From: an uncultured Streptococcus sp. | Lineage (GTDB): Bacteria; Bacillota; Bacilli; Lactobacillales; Streptococcaceae | NCBI GenBank assembly: GCA_963530385.1 | Contig: CAUSCX010000002.1 | Span: 13,025-77,024 of the forward strand | Length of the DNA stretch: 64,000 nucleotides | Direction: 5' to 3' | Shown here: piece after piece, positions 1 through 10,356 of the stretch | Layout: every line of letters begins with the position of its first letter | How positions within the stretch are numbered: position 1 is the first letter of the stretch | Notes under the pieces: generated by a model | Told to the model about the DNA's origin: nothing | Seen by the model: only the letters and a program-made list of their open reading frames with translations | Database searches by the model: none | Position numbers and translations under genes: made by a program

Positions 1-932
1 ACTTGATCATTGACATGAACATTCATGGCCTCATGAGCGTATTCAGGCATGATACGATAACTCTTTTCACAAGTCAAACGGTTGTAAATAGCAAACTGAG
101 TGATTGGATAGCAAACATCGTCATCAAGCCCAGTAATCATTCGAACTTCCCCCTTAATGCGATGGGCAAGATTTTTTACATCGATATAGGCGAGCGTCTC
201 CATAATCTGCTCTTCTGTCTCATGGAATGGATCATGGAACTTAAAATAACGAAAGAGTTCATCATAGGCTTCGCTGGTATTCCCTATCTCTAGCACTCGT
301 CTAAAGTCTGATAAGAATGGATAAATAGCAACTGTACGTTTGATACGTGGATTCAGCCCCGCAGCCACTAGAGCTAGTGCCCCTCCTTGAGAAGCTCCAT
401 AGCTTGCTAATTGCCCCTCATCCACTTGTGGGAAACTAGCGACAATTTCAACCAATTGATAGATATCTAGATAGACATCTTTATAGAAGAGTTGCTCTTT
501 TCCTTCTACAGCTCCACGGATGATTTGGCCCTTAACTGTATTTCCGAGAGGTGAGCGCCAACCATCTTGTGAATAACCAGACTGCCCTCTGACATCCATA
601 GATACAACACCATAACCAGCTACTATAAAAGCTAGCATATCTGTCCAATCCCAGCAACGTCCCATATAGCCATGGAAGTGGAAAATGACAGGTACTTTCT
701 TTTCTGATTTTGGTAAGACTATACGCGCATAAACAAGGCCATCACGAGTACCCTTAAAGCTTAACTCATAACACTTCACATTGGGAATATGAAAATCACG
801 TTCCTCTAGTTGGTAGTCTGGCAAAACCGAAACCTTGTCAATCTCACCATCCCAAAAAGCATCAAAATCCTGTGGAACTTCATCTCTTCCTTTATATGTT
901 TTCATTTCTTCTACTAATGCTGGATTTCTCAT
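1..932 (-). CDS. acetyl xylan esterase / cephalosporin-C deacetylase family (CE7), 3' end outside window
   Basis: Manual translation from ATG at 932 (MRNPALVEEMKTYKGRDEVPQDFDAFWD...), GGAGG RBS, nucleophile motif YGASQGGA; not in ORF track because it runs off the edge. Confidence 0.85.
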   Translation of the reverse strand, partial: MRNPALVEEMKTYKGRDEVPQDFDAFWDGEIDKVSVLPDYQLEERDFHIPNVKCYELSFKGTRDGLVYARIVLPKSEKKVPVIFHFHGYMGRCWDWTDMLAFIVAGYGVVSMDVRGQSGYSQDGWRSPLGNTVKGQIIRGAVEGKEQLFYKDVYLDIYQLVEIVASFPQVDEGQLASYGASQGGALALVAAGLNPRIKRTVAIYPFLSDFRRVLEIGNTSEAYDELFRYFKFHDPFHETEEQIMETLAYIDVKNLAHRIKGEVRMITGLDDDVCYPITQFAIYNRLTCEKSYRIMPEYAHEAMNVHVNDQ

Positions 933-949
933 AAAACCCTCCTTTGTTT

Positions 950-963
950 TGTAACCGTTATCA
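950..963. promoter_or_regulatory. cre (CcpA) site upstream of esterase
   Basis: TGTAACCGTTATCA fits TGWAANCGNTNWCA. Confidence 0.6.
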
Positions 964-1149
964 TAACTCTAGCACACAAAGTAAGGCAATGCAAGGTAGA
1001 TTCTTAAATAGAAAGTGATTTTAATTTTGCAGCTTCAGCGAAGCTAGTCTGAAAGTAGTTTTATTCATTCCATTCTGTATAGATTCAATACACTTTCAAA
1101 GAAAATAGCTCCTTTGATCTCTCCTCCAAAAGTTATTGAAGACTAATCT

Positions 1150-1266
1150 TATACTCTTCAAAAATCAAATTCAAACTACGTCAGCTTTATCTGCAACCTC
1201 AAAGCCGTGCTTTGAGCAACCTGCGGCTAGCTTCCTAGTTTGCTCTTTGATTTTCATTGAGTATTA
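1150..1266 (-). repeat. BOX element
   Basis: Reverse complement reads TAATACTCAATGAAAATCAAAGAGCAAACTAGGAAGCTAGCCGCAGG...TGAAGAGTATA. Confidence 0.9.
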
Positions 1267-1376
1267 GCATGTTTTCGGGTATATCGTTGTCTATTTTTAA
1301 ACTAATGTTCTTTTACAAAAATAAAAAGTTTCATAATCTTAATAGAATTGTTCTATCAAGATTACAAAACTCTTTC

Positions 1377-2303
1377 TTATTTCAAATCTTTTTTATAGCG
1401 TTCCAACTCAGCTTGGTTTGCCCAAACATAGTGACCTGGACGAATTTCTACCATAGAAGGCTTATCAGTTTCATAGTCATGTTGATCTGGATCATAGACT
1501 TTCAATACTTTTTTACGTTCCAAGATTGGGTCCGGAATCGGAACAGCTGATAGAAGTGCCTGTGTATATGGATGAACTGGATTGTTAAACAATTCTTCAG
1601 TTTCAGCCACTTCAACAATAACACCCTTATAAATCACCGCGATACGATCAGAGATGAAACGAACCACTGACAAATCGTGGGCGATAAAGAGATAGGTCAA
1701 TCCTAATTCTTTTTGGAATTTCTTGAGCAAGTTCAAAACTTGGGCACGTACTGAAACGTCCAAGGCTGAAATTGGCTCATCCGCAATAACGAAGTCAGGT
1801 TGCATAACCAAGGCACGGGCAATCCCGATACGTTGACGTTGTCCACCTGAGAACTCATGTGGGTAACGTGTCAAGTGTTCAGCCAAAAGTCCCACTTCAC
1901 GAATGATATTTTGAACTTTTTCTTTTCTTTCTTCTTCATCTTTAAATAAATGGTAGTTATAAAGACCTTCAGAAATGATATAGTCAACTGTTGCACGTTC
2001 ATTCAAACTTGCAGCAGGGTCCTGGAAAATCATTTGGATACGACGAATTAATTCCGAAGCTTGTTCACGTGATTTTTTACCATTAATTTTTTTACCTTCA
2101 AAGATGATATCACCTTTGCTGGTATCATTAAGACCGATAATAGCACGACCAATTGTTGTCTTACCACTACCAGACTCTCCAACAAGTGAGAAAGTTTCTC
2201 CTTTGTTGATAAAGAAGTTCGCATTTTTAACAGCGACAAACTTTTTGCTTCCTTCACCGAAGGAAATTTCTAAGTCTTTAATTTCTACTAATTTTTCAGA
2301 CAT
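1377..2303 (-). CDS. amiF: oligopeptide ABC transporter ATPase
   Basis: Start MSEKLVEIK with [23 protein letters not shown]; last gene of ami operon. Confidence 0.95.
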   Translation of the reverse strand: MSEKLVEIKDLEISFGEGSKKFVAVKNANFFINKGETFSLVGESGSGKTTIGRAIIGLNDTSKGDIIFEGKKINGKKSREQASELIRRIQMIFQDPAASLNERATVDYIISEGLYNYHLFKDEEERKEKVQNIIREVGLLAEHLTRYPHEFSGGQRQRIGIARALVMQPDFVIADEPISALDVSVRAQVLNLLKKFQKELGLTYLFIAHDLSVVRFISDRIAVIYKGVIVEVAETEELFNNPVHPYTQALLSAVPIPDPILERKKVLKVYDPDQHDYETDKPSMVEIRPGHYVWANQAELERYKKDLK

Positions 2304-2313
2304 TTCCTTCCTC

Positions 2314-3381
2314 CTAGTCCTCAAGATGTGTAAAGCCCATCTTTTCACGAATCTTGTCGTGTAAATCTGCAATCACCGATGGTTTTTCAACTTTTGGAGC
2401 TTGTTCATGAAGCAACCATGTCTTAGCCCAATGAGTATCAGATACTGCAAACTGAGGTGCTTTTTCCTCAAAGTCAATCTTCATAGCATAATCTGAACGA
2501 AGAGCAAAAGCATCTCCCTTCAATTCAGTATAAAGCGATGGAGGTGTTCCAGGGATTGAGTACAATTCACCTTTGTCATCCGCAAGTTGAGGCAAGCTCG
2601 ACAAGAGGCTCCATGTATATGGATGACGTGGGTCGTAGAAGATTTCTTCAACAGTACCATACTCGACGATTTCACCAGCATACATAACCGCAACTTTATC
2701 AGCGATACTTGCTACTACACCTAGGTCGTGGGTGATAAAGATTGTTGTAAAGTGGTATTCGTGTTGAAGTGACTTCAACAAATCAATAATCTGTGCCTGA
2801 ATGGTCACGTCAAGAGCTGTTGTCGGCTCATCACAGATAAGAATGTCTGGACGACAGGCTAGAGCAATCGCGATAACAATACGTTGACGCATTCCCCCAG
2901 AATATTGGAAAGGATACTCGTCAAAACGTTTCTCAGAATCTGGAATACCAACTTTATTCATATAGTCAATAGCCATCTCTTTAGCTTCTTGAGCAGTCTT
3001 GCCTTGGTGTTTAACAATAACTTCTGTGATTTGACTTCCGATTGTCTTGATTGGGTCTAGACTGGTCATCGGATCTTGGAAGATAGTTGCAATCTTCGCA
3101 CCACGAATACTTTCCCATTCTTTATGAGAAGATAAGGTTGTCAAATCTTGTCCACGGTAATTAATACTTCCTTGTGCAATGCGACCATTTTCTTCCAACA
3201 TTCCTGTGAATGTTTTTGTCAAAACTGATTTACCTGAGCCTGACTCCCCAACTAAGGCGAGGACCTCTCCCTCAATCAAATCGATGGAGACACCTCGAAT
3301 AGCTGTCAAAATCTTGTCACGAACATCAAATTCCACGACAATATCTTGAGCAGTCAAAATTACATTTTTTCCTTTTATCAT
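2314..3381 (-). CDS. amiE: oligopeptide ABC transporter ATPase
   Basis: [24 protein letters not shown]. Confidence 0.95.
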   Translation of the reverse strand: MIKGKNVILTAQDIVVEFDVRDKILTAIRGVSIDLIEGEVLALVGESGSGKSVLTKTFTGMLEENGRIAQGSINYRGQDLTTLSSHKEWESIRGAKIATIFQDPMTSLDPIKTIGSQITEVIVKHQGKTAQEAKEMAIDYMNKVGIPDSEKRFDEYPFQYSGGMRQRIVIAIALACRPDILICDEPTTALDVTIQAQIIDLLKSLQHEYHFTTIFITHDLGVVASIADKVAVMYAGEIVEYGTVEEIFYDPRHPYTWSLLSSLPQLADDKGELYSIPGTPPSLYTELKGDAFALRSDYAMKIDFEEKAPQFAVSDTHWAKTWLLHEQAPKVEKPSVIADLHDKIREKMGFTHLED

Positions 3382-3389
3382 GTCTACTC

Positions 3390-4316
3390 CTATCTATGTG
3401 TACGTGGATCACTAGCATCCGCTAGGTTTTGACCTACTACGAAAAGGGACAAGGATACCAAGACCAAAGTTGTCAATGGAATCCAGAAGAGATATGCATT
3501 GGTTGTTACGTTCTGAGAATAATCTGAAATCAAACGTCCCAAACTTGGTACTGTGATTGGCAAGCCAAGTCCAAAGAATGATAGGAAAGCTTCATATGAG
3601 ATAAAGGCTGGAAGCATTTGCGACGTACTCGTAACAATAACAGATACCAATTGGGGCATAATGTTTTTCACAATAATCTTATAACTTGGTGTTCCCAAGG
3701 TACGTGAAGCAAGGTTGTACTCTAAATCACGGTAACGTAACATTTGGATACGAATTGAATGGGCAACACCAATCCAAGTGGTTACACTCATGGCAAAGAT
3801 CAAATTCCAGAAACCTGCACCGATAGAGTAAGTCAAAACAATAACGATCAAAAGTGATGGGATATTGTTGATAACGTTGTAGACTTCCATCATGATACGG
3901 TCAACTGATTTTGAGATCCCCCAAATTCCACCAATAACAACACCGATAAAAAGGTTGACAAAGGTCGCAATGACAGAAATCAAGATAGAGTTACGAGCTC
4001 CAAACCAGACACCATCAAAAAGAGATTTACCATTACTATCTGTACCAAACCAATGCTCAGCATTTGGTTTAATGTAACGAGCGCTAAAATCATTTACCTT
4101 ACTTACATCATTGAAGTCAAAATCAGAGAACATTGGGTAAATGAAACTCATCAAAACAATTGCAATCAAGATACCTAGCATGATTACTGTTGATTTCTTC
4201 TTCAAAAACTGTCTAAAGACAGAACCCCAGTATGAGTAGGCAGGAGCATCAATTGCTTCAGAGGCATAATCATCACGTTTTACAAACTGAAATTTTTCAT
4301 TACTAATTGTAGACAT
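3390..4316 (-). CDS. amiD: oligopeptide ABC transporter permease
   Basis: OppC-like, HWFGTD motif, TM helices. Confidence 0.95.
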   Translation of the reverse strand: MSTISNEKFQFVKRDDYASEAIDAPAYSYWGSVFRQFLKKKSTVIMLGILIAIVLMSFIYPMFSDFDFNDVSKVNDFSARYIKPNAEHWFGTDSNGKSLFDGVWFGARNSILISVIATFVNLFIGVVIGGIWGISKSVDRIMMEVYNVINNIPSLLIVIVLTYSIGAGFWNLIFAMSVTTWIGVAHSIRIQMLRYRDLEYNLASRTLGTPSYKIIVKNIMPQLVSVIVTSTSQMLPAFISYEAFLSFFGLGLPITVPSLGRLISDYSQNVTTNAYLFWIPLTTLVLVSLSLFVVGQNLADASDPRTHR

Positions 4317-5812
4317 TATTTGCCTCCTTTCTCTGTCAATTTAATACGTGGGTCAATAATGGTCATCCAAATATCTCCAATAAGGTTTGAGAAGATTGAA
4401 ACACAAGTGAAGATAAAGACGAGACCAACTACCATATTATTGTTTGAAGCCTTTACAGAGTCGATCAACATTTTACCCATACCTGGGAAGGCGAAGACTG
4501 TTTCAGTAAGAGTTGCTCCACCAATAACACCAATGATAGAACCTGGGATACCAGAAACGAGTGGTACCATAGCATTTTTAAAGATGTGTTTGTCAGAAAT
4601 TTCTTTCTCAGACAAACCTTTAGCACGAGCAAAACGAACGAAATCTTGTGATTGCAAGTCAATCATATAACGGCGAATCCAAATTGCCATAGTAGGTGCT
4701 CCTAGCAAGCCCAGAATCACTGCAGGAAGGACATAAGAACGCCAATCACCAGCACCCAAGATTGGGAATGAGTCTGGGAAGCCGATTGAAGAACCAATCA
4801 AACGAATAATATAGACTAGGGCAATCGTTGGAAGAGCCAACAAGAAAGTTAGAGTCCCTGTAGAGAAACTATCAATCCAAGTGTTTTTGAAACGAGCCAT
4901 TGCTGAACCAAGAGGAATCGCAATCGCGTATGAAATCGCAAGACCAATCAAACCAGTGATAGCAGAACTTGCAATCATAGATGGGTACTGATAGTTGCTC
5001 TCAGTAGCTGTATATGGATCATCTTTACCGTAGTTGGCTACTTCACGAGCATCAGCTTGACTCGGAGATTTATAAGTTCTTGAGTAAATATTAACTGATG
5101 ATGTTTTCTTACCAGTTGGGAATTGAACTTCAGAAGTCTTGGTTTGTCCTTGTCCTTGTGTAATAACTTGAAGAACAGGAGTATTGGCATAAGTTGGATA
5201 AGAATCTCCTAGGTTCAAGTTGACAAAGTTTTGGTGAACAAATGGGAACTGACTATTGAAGTACAAGAGGTATTTATGTTTAGTACCTGAACCCACAAGA
5301 GACCAACCGATAGCAGGGTCATTCTCAAAGCGCAAATAACGCTCTAAGTTTGGATTTTCTGGGTCTTGAATCTTGTTTGTATGGTCAATATCAAGCAAGT
5401 TTGCATAGAATTTGAACACACGCTCAAAAATAGGAATTTCACGTGTAGCGTAGAATTGTCCACTCTCTGTAAACTCACCTAGAGTCCAACCATTCCCAAG
5501 TTGTTGGATATATTTTTCATAGATTGCTTTATTTGTATCATTTGCATCTACTGTAACAGAAGAGTCAATGCTACTAGCTTTTTCCTGCAACTCTTTCGTA
5601 TCGTAATATTCGATATAACCCATACGCTCAAAGACAGTATTTTCATAGTTATCTCGTTTATCAGCCGTTGTCGCAATTTTATTGTAGTTAGTATCTTGTT
5701 TGAAGATCAACTTCCGTGGAACCATCGTATAGATGATTGTGTAAATCAAGGTCGTTACTAAGAAAATAGAAACCAACGACCGCAAGATACGCATAAAAAC
5801 ATATTTTTTCAT
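4316..5812 (-). CDS. amiC: oligopeptide ABC transporter permease
   Basis: 498 aa OppB-like, FARAKGL motif. Confidence 0.95.
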   Translation of the reverse strand: MKKYVFMRILRSLVSIFLVTTLIYTIIYTMVPRKLIFKQDTNYNKIATTADKRDNYENTVFERMGYIEYYDTKELQEKASSIDSSVTVDANDTNKAIYEKYIQQLGNGWTLGEFTESGQFYATREIPIFERVFKFYANLLDIDHTNKIQDPENPNLERYLRFENDPAIGWSLVGSGTKHKYLLYFNSQFPFVHQNFVNLNLGDSYPTYANTPVLQVITQGQGQTKTSEVQFPTGKKTSSVNIYSRTYKSPSQADAREVANYGKDDPYTATESNYQYPSMIASSAITGLIGLAISYAIAIPLGSAMARFKNTWIDSFSTGTLTFLLALPTIALVYIIRLIGSSIGFPDSFPILGAGDWRSYVLPAVILGLLGAPTMAIWIRRYMIDLQSQDFVRFARAKGLSEKEISDKHIFKNAMVPLVSGIPGSIIGVIGGATLTETVFAFPGMGKMLIDSVKASNNNMVVGLVFIFTCVSIFSNLIGDIWMTIIDPRIKLTEKGGK

Positions 5813-5877
5813 ATTATTTCCTTTAAAATCCCAAAAGAACCTTCTCCTTTAGGAGAGAAAGTTCTGATGAGCATTAT

Positions 5878-7857
5878 TTATTTCACATGACTCGCTAACT
5901 CTTTTTGAGCTTTTTCGTTTGATTCAGCTTTTTCTTTGAGCCATTTTTCACGAGCTTCTTTGTACTCTTTGGTTGTTACAGTGTTAGCTTGCAATTTAAG
6001 GTACTTGAAGTATACATCTGAACCTTTATCACCAGATTGAGTGTAAGAGGCTGAGAATGGTACTACACGAGAAATAACTGGTGCTGCTCCTGAAGATGAC
6101 ATAGCTGGAAGGAAGAGTGAGCTATCTGTCAACCAAGCTTGAGCTGCTGCATATTTCTCATAACGTTTGTTAAGGTCACTTGTTTCACTAGCTGCATCAT
6201 CAACTAATTTGTCGTAATCTTTCAAACCAACTTGAGCAACCGCTGGGTTTGATGGATTGTCATAGCCCATGTAGGTTTTAGTTGTTTCACTATTAGTTGA
6301 TTTCAAGATATCAAGGTAAGTCGATGGATCATCATAGTCTGGATTCCATCCAACAGCACCTGAAAGGTCCCAATCTTCTGCTGCAGCACTAGCAGCGTAG
6401 TACGTGATATTGTGTAATTCATCCGTAGTGATTTGTTGGATATCGATAACTACATTATCTGTACCCAAAGCGGTTTCAACAGATTGTTTGAATGATTGGA
6501 TACGAGCGATATAGTTTTTAGATGTTTGGTCAACTGGAATATCCAAGTGGATTGGGAATTTCACACCATCTGCTTCAAGGTCTTTTTTAGCTTTAGCTAG
6601 TTCTGCTTTAGCTTTATCAGCATTGTAAAGACCATCTTGGCCATCCGCAAAGTTTACATCTTTCCACTCATCACCATAAGAAACAACTTTCTCAGTGACC
6701 AAGTCACCAAATGTTTTTTCACCTGCTGAAACAAATTCTGGTTTTACGAAGAGGTTACGGACAGCAAGGGCTGCTCCATCCTTACCATTTAGCTGAGCTG
6801 AATAAGCAGTACGATCAAAAGCAAAGTTCAAAGCTTGACGGAAATCTTTATTAAGAAGGGCTTTCTTAGTAGATGTTTTTTCTTCGTCAGTTGTTTTTGA
6901 TGTGTACTTATAGCTTTGACGGTCAATATTAACACCCAAACCAGCAATACCAGCTCCTTGTGGAGTATAGTAAATATTGTCTTTATATGTTTCTGCTACC
7001 TTAGAATAGTTTGAGCTAGTAGGGAAGAGACGGGCATAACTGTATGCACCATTTGTAAAGTTACGCTCAAGTGACTCTTGGTCTGAACCATCATAGTAAG
7101 AAAGTGTTACAGTATCGATGTGAACATTGTCCTTATCCCAATACTGATCATTCTTTGCAAACTCAACAGAAGACTTAGCTGTCAATCCTTTAAGCAAGAA
7201 TGGACCATTGTAAAGTAATGATGTTGGGTCTGTCGCCTTACCAAAATCTTTACCTTTTGATTTCTCAAACTCTGCGTTCAAAGGCCAGAAGATTGCGTAA
7301 GACAATTTAGAGTTCCAGTATGGTTCTGGTTGGTTCAAAGTGTATTGAAGAGTGTAATCATCGACTGCTTTAACACCTACAGCAGAGAAGTCTGTATTAT
7401 TCCCTGATAAGTAGTCAGCCAATCCTTTAACAGAATTTTGTGCTAGGTAAAGAGCGGCTGATTTATTGTCGGCTGCGTGTTTCAAACCTGTAACAAAGTC
7501 ATTTGCAGTTACTTCTGCATATTCTTCACCATCAGATGTCAACCATTTTACACCTTTACGAATTTTATAAGTGTATGTCAAACCATCTTGAGATACTGAC
7601 CAGTCTTCAGCGACTGCAGGAGTAAGGTTTCCATACTTATCATTGGTAAAGAGTCCGTCGATACCGTTTGAAGTGACAACTTTTGTACTTTGTTTACCTG
7701 AGATGAGGTAATCCAATGTTTCTGGGTCAGCAGTATAAATATAGCCATAAGCTTTTGGTGCTTCAGCATTTGATGATTTTGAAGAACCGCAAGCTGCGAG
7801 AACACCTGTTGCAAGTAGGGTAACACCAGCTACCGCTAAAATCCGACTTTTTTTCAT
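5878..7857 (-). CDS. amiA: oligopeptide-binding lipoprotein
   Basis: Lipobox LAAC, SBP family 5, first gene of operon. Confidence 0.9.
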   Translation of the reverse strand: MKKSRILAVAGVTLLATGVLAACGSSKSSNAEAPKAYGYIYTADPETLDYLISGKQSTKVVTSNGIDGLFTNDKYGNLTPAVAEDWSVSQDGLTYTYKIRKGVKWLTSDGEEYAEVTANDFVTGLKHAADNKSAALYLAQNSVKGLADYLSGNNTDFSAVGVKAVDDYTLQYTLNQPEPYWNSKLSYAIFWPLNAEFEKSKGKDFGKATDPTSLLYNGPFLLKGLTAKSSVEFAKNDQYWDKDNVHIDTVTLSYYDGSDQESLERNFTNGAYSYARLFPTSSNYSKVAETYKDNIYYTPQGAGIAGLGVNIDRQSYKYTSKTTDEEKTSTKKALLNKDFRQALNFAFDRTAYSAQLNGKDGAALAVRNLFVKPEFVSAGEKTFGDLVTEKVVSYGDEWKDVNFADGQDGLYNADKAKAELAKAKKDLEADGVKFPIHLDIPVDQTSKNYIARIQSFKQSVETALGTDNVVIDIQQITTDELHNITYYAASAAAEDWDLSGAVGWNPDYDDPSTYLDILKSTNSETTKTYMGYDNPSNPAVAQVGLKDYDKLVDDAASETSDLNKRYEKYAAAQAWLTDSSLFLPAMSSSGAAPVISRVVPFSASYTQSGDKGSDVYFKYLKLQANTVTTKEYKEAREKWLKEKAESNEKAQKELASHVK

Positions 7858-7898
7858 GTTTAGTTAACTCCTCTATTAAAATTAATGAGATACTGTTG

Positions 7899-7944
7899 AT
7901 TATACCATAATCCCTTTCAAAAGTAAACGAATTTTCAGAATATT
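7899..7944 (-). promoter_or_regulatory. amiA promoter with adjacent CodY box
   Basis: TTTACT-17-TATAAT (extended TG); AATTTTCAGAATATT at 7930-7944 is 14/15 to CodY consensus. Confidence 0.7.
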
Positions 7945-7998
7945 TTGTCGCATACCATCTGATAAGCAGGAAAACTTACATTTTCAGAAAAGAAACTA

Positions 7999-8027
7999 TT
8001 GACGAGATTTAATTTAAAGGGTATAAT
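7999..8027 (+). promoter_or_regulatory. tRNA-Cys promoter
   Basis: TTGACG-17-TATAAT. Confidence 0.8.
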
Positions 8028-8039
8028 AATAAAAGTTAA

Positions 8040-8110
8040 GGCGGTATAGCCAAGTGGTAAGGCACGGCTCTGCAAAAGCTTGATCGTCGGTTCAAATCCG
8101 TCTACCGCCT
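8040..8110 (+). tRNA. tRNA-Cys(GCA), prophage integration target
   Basis: GGCGGTA/TACCGCC acceptor, GCA anticodon, GGTTCAAATCC T-arm, U discriminator. Confidence 0.95.
8095..8110 (+). repeat. left att core AATCCGTCTACCGCCT
   Basis: Exact copy at 47370-47385. Confidence 0.9.
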
Positions 8111-8143
8111 TATAATACCGATTTTATCGGAATTTATCCAGAC

Positions 8144-8170
8144 AAAAAGCCCGATTTCATGGGCTTTTTT
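8144..8170 (+). terminator. phage-supplied terminator after tRNA-Cys
   Basis: AAAAGCCC-loop-GGGCTTTT followed by T tract. Confidence 0.7.
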
Positions 8171-8210
8171 ATTTTTTTCTTCATATAAATAAGGATAACT
8201 TTAAAAAACT

Positions 8211-8231
8211 TTTGGGGCGAGTTTGGGGCGA
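8211..8231 (+). repeat. tandem TTTGGGGCG, putative integrase arm-type sites
   Basis: Two copies 11 bp apart; same pair at 47315-47335. Confidence 0.7.
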
Positions 8232-8260
8232 GAATATTTTGAAATAATTTATCAAAACGA

Positions 8261-8289
8261 TTGACTTTCTCGGTATACCGTGATATAAT
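8261..8289 (+). promoter_or_regulatory. sigma70 promoter with palindromic operator in spacer
   Basis: TTGACT-17-TATAAT with extended TG; CGGTATACCG palindrome 8271-8280. Confidence 0.8.
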
Positions 8290-8320
8290 GTAATCAAGAT
8301 AAGGAAAGGGGGTGAGAAAG

Positions 8321-8470
8321 TTGAACAAAGAAGATTGGCTTAGGTTACTTGAAAAGGCGATAGATAATATCCCTGAAACAGTGACTGCTATAGCAAGTCT
8401 GGTGACTGCAATAACAGTCGCAAGGCAAAACAAAAAGCGTAAACCCGAATCCCGCAAAAGAAAAAGGTAA
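8321..8470 (+). CDS. 49-aa small protein, hydrophobic core and basic tail
   Basis: TTG start after AGGGGGTGA RBS; MNKEDWLRLLEKAIDNIPETVTAIASLVTAITVARQNKKRKPESRKRKR. Confidence 0.7.
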   Translation: MNKEDWLRLLEKAIDNIPETVTAIASLVTAITVARQNKKRKPESRKRKR

Positions 8471-8534
8471 ACGCTAAGAGGTGGGGCGAAAGCCCCTCAC
8501 ACCTCTATTTTATCAAATGAAAAGAGGAAAAGCA

Positions 8535-8609
8535 ATGGTTAGTGCAATAGCTATTTTTATAATTGCAATCAATGTATATATCTATCTAAAAAATAAAAAG
8601 GACAAATAA
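8535..8609 (+). CDS. 24-aa single-TM peptide (30 aa if started at 8517)
   Basis: AGAGGA RBS; MVSAIAIFIIAINVYIYLKNKKDK. Confidence 0.55.
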   Translation: MVSAIAIFIIAINVYIYLKNKKDK

Positions 8610-8610
8610 T

Positions 8611-8790
8611 ATGAGAAAAGTTATTCAAGAATTATTAGACAGCCCGATGTCTACATCTGCTATTTCGCAAGGCGCTGGAGTTCCGTGGACTACTGTTTCT
8701 GACCTTAGAAAAGGAAAAACAAGCATGGACAAAATGGCGCTTCTAACGGCAGAAAAGCTCTATGAATTTGCTACAGCTGATAAGCAGTGA
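8611..8790 (+). CDS. 59-aa XRE-like HTH regulator
   Basis: MRKVIQELLDSPMSTSAISQGAGVPWTTVSDLRKGKTSMDKMALLTAEKLYEFATADKQ; AAGGA RBS; HTH pattern. Confidence 0.8.
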   Translation: MRKVIQELLDSPMSTSAISQGAGVPWTTVSDLRKGKTSMDKMALLTAEKLYEFATADKQ

Positions 8791-8812
8791 TTTCGGTCAC
8801 TGTTTTTATTTT
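8783..8812 (+). terminator. terminator of small-ORF operon
   Basis: GCAGTGA-TTTCGG-TCACTGT then T tract. Confidence 0.75.
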
Positions 8813-8990
8813 TAACAAAACATCGTTTTTGACAATAATCAAAAAATAAAAGGGATCTATTATTAACAAAATGGCATTTTTGACAATAATACCCTACCAA
8901 TCCCCTCTCTATTCTTCAAGAAAACGATTTTTTGAACAATAGGATTGTAACTTTGGTTTCTAATCGTTCAAAATGCGTGTTTTTGAACAA
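8812..8990. repeat. four imperfect palindromes with 51-52 bp period
   Basis: TTTTTGA(A)CAA cores with G at 8831, 8882, 8934, 8985. Confidence 0.65.
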
Positions 8991-8992
8991 AC

Positions 8993-9020
8993 AAAAAAAC
9001 CGCAAGCGTGAGCCTGCGGT
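8993..9020 (-). terminator. lysin terminator
   Basis: ACCGCAGGC-TCAC-GCTTGCGGT then T tract on minus strand. Confidence 0.8.
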
Positions 9021-9050
9021 CTAGCGTAATAATTTTTTATTCTTTCTGTT

Positions 9051-10007
9051 TTATTTTGTCGTGATGAGCCCTTCTGGCTCAACCACGAATTCAGGCTTGT
9101 CAGCAAGTGAACCGTCTGGTTTAAGGTAATACCAGCCTTTGCCATCTGCTGACTGGACAAATGCGTTAGATACCATATTTCCGTCCTTGCTATCTAGGTA
9201 GTACCAAGTGTCTTTGTATTTAACCCAGCCTGTCCTCATGGCGCCTTCTGCATCGAAATAGTACCACTTATCAGCAATTTTCTTCCAGCCAGTGGCCATG
9301 GCTCCTGAAGGGTCTAAATAGTACCATTTACTGTCTGAATGCTTCTTCCACTTATCCGAGAGCATATAACCAGAACCGTCAAAATAATACCAGGTGCCAT
9401 CGATTTTTTCAAATTGTTCTTTCGGATAAGAGCCATCTTCTCGAACATACCAGTAGCCTGTTGTATTTTGTTTCCAACCTGCTTCTACATCGAGACCGTT
9501 CTCAATATCATGCTTGAATTGTTCTCTACTAATTCCCCAGCTTGCTAGATAAGGATATGGGTCAACGTGGTCGCTATAATTATTAGGTTGATTGTTAGTG
9601 CAGTATTCGTGCGATTTAATACCTTCCAATGCGTCCGAATCTAACGTTTTAGGAAGACCTGCTTCGTCTGCTAGATTTCGTAGTAATTCAATGTACAGAC
9701 GGTAATCTTCCATAAACTCTTCTTTGGTAGAATGACTTTCAATCAGTTCGACTGCTGCATACGTTTCATAATTCCAGCCGCCTCCCACATCGTAGGCACC
9801 ATTATTTACTGGTCCTACCTGCATCACTCGTCCATTGCCGACAACATGTGAGAAGAAACCAGATTCGACAGGTCTGCGCATGTGGTAATCTGCTTCATTT
9901 TGAGCAGTTGAGTTTTTATTTCCAGTTGAATGAGCGTGAATTTGTCGATAAGGAGCGTAACCGATTTGAGGTAATCCCTCTCTATATCTGCTTGTATCTA
10001 TATCCAT
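9051..10007 (-). CDS. endolysin, LytA-like amidase with choline-binding repeats
   Basis: [23 protein letters not shown]-terminal GW-x-WYY repeats; ATG overlaps holin stop. Confidence 0.95.
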   Translation of the reverse strand: MDIDTSRYREGLPQIGYAPYRQIHAHSTGNKNSTAQNEADYHMRRPVESGFFSHVVGNGRVMQVGPVNNGAYDVGGGWNYETYAAVELIESHSTKEEFMEDYRLYIELLRNLADEAGLPKTLDSDALEGIKSHEYCTNNQPNNYSDHVDPYPYLASWGISREQFKHDIENGLDVEAGWKQNTTGYWYVREDGSYPKEQFEKIDGTWYYFDGSGYMLSDKWKKHSDSKWYYLDPSGAMATGWKKIADKWYYFDAEGAMRTGWVKYKDTWYYLDSKDGNMVSNAFVQSADGKGWYYLKPDGSLADKPEFVVEPEGLITTK

Positions 10008-10342
10008 TATTCTTGTCCTTTCCACGCATCATTCATTTTCTTAACTGATGCTTCGATAAATGTATCAATGTCGCGATCAGTCATGCTGATGTTGTATTTG
10101 CTAAGCTCTGCACGGATTTTAGCGCGAGCCTGTTCCAATTTTTCTTCGCCCTTGTATCCAGTTTCAGATGATACCTGTTCAACTGCGTTGACTGCGTTCT
10201 TAGCAAGAATCTCAACAATCTTGACAGTCTGTTCACCACCTTTTTTGACGAGATATTCCTTGATTGCCTTAACCACAATCCCTGCCAAAATGACTAGGAT
10301 GCTGATCGCTCCGTTTAGTAAAATTTCGTTAATCTGTTGCAT
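10007..10342 (-). CDS. holin (LL-H-like)
   Basis: N-terminal TM, AVNAVEQ, IEASV; directly upstream of lysin. Confidence 0.85.
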   Translation of the reverse strand: MQQINEILLNGAISILVILAGIVVKAIKEYLVKKGGEQTVKIVEILAKNAVNAVEQVSSETGYKGEEKLEQARAKIRAELSKYNISMTDRDIDTFIEASVKKMNDAWKGQE

Positions 10343-10356
10343 GTTATTCTTCCTTT

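Noticed and set aside
3..293. 96-aa plus-strand ORF
   Set aside because: Antisense to the esterase gene.
1010..1100. possible degenerate RUP element
   Set aside because: Only faint similarity to RUP ends; cannot be supported by eye.
8134..8457. 107-aa minus-strand ORF
   Set aside because: Shadow of the plus-strand operon; crosses promoter, arm sites and terminator, no clear RBS.
8812..8990. CRISPR array
   Set aside because: Repeats too divergent from each other, no cas genes or leader, and region is enclosed by convergent terminators; kept only as a palindrome array.
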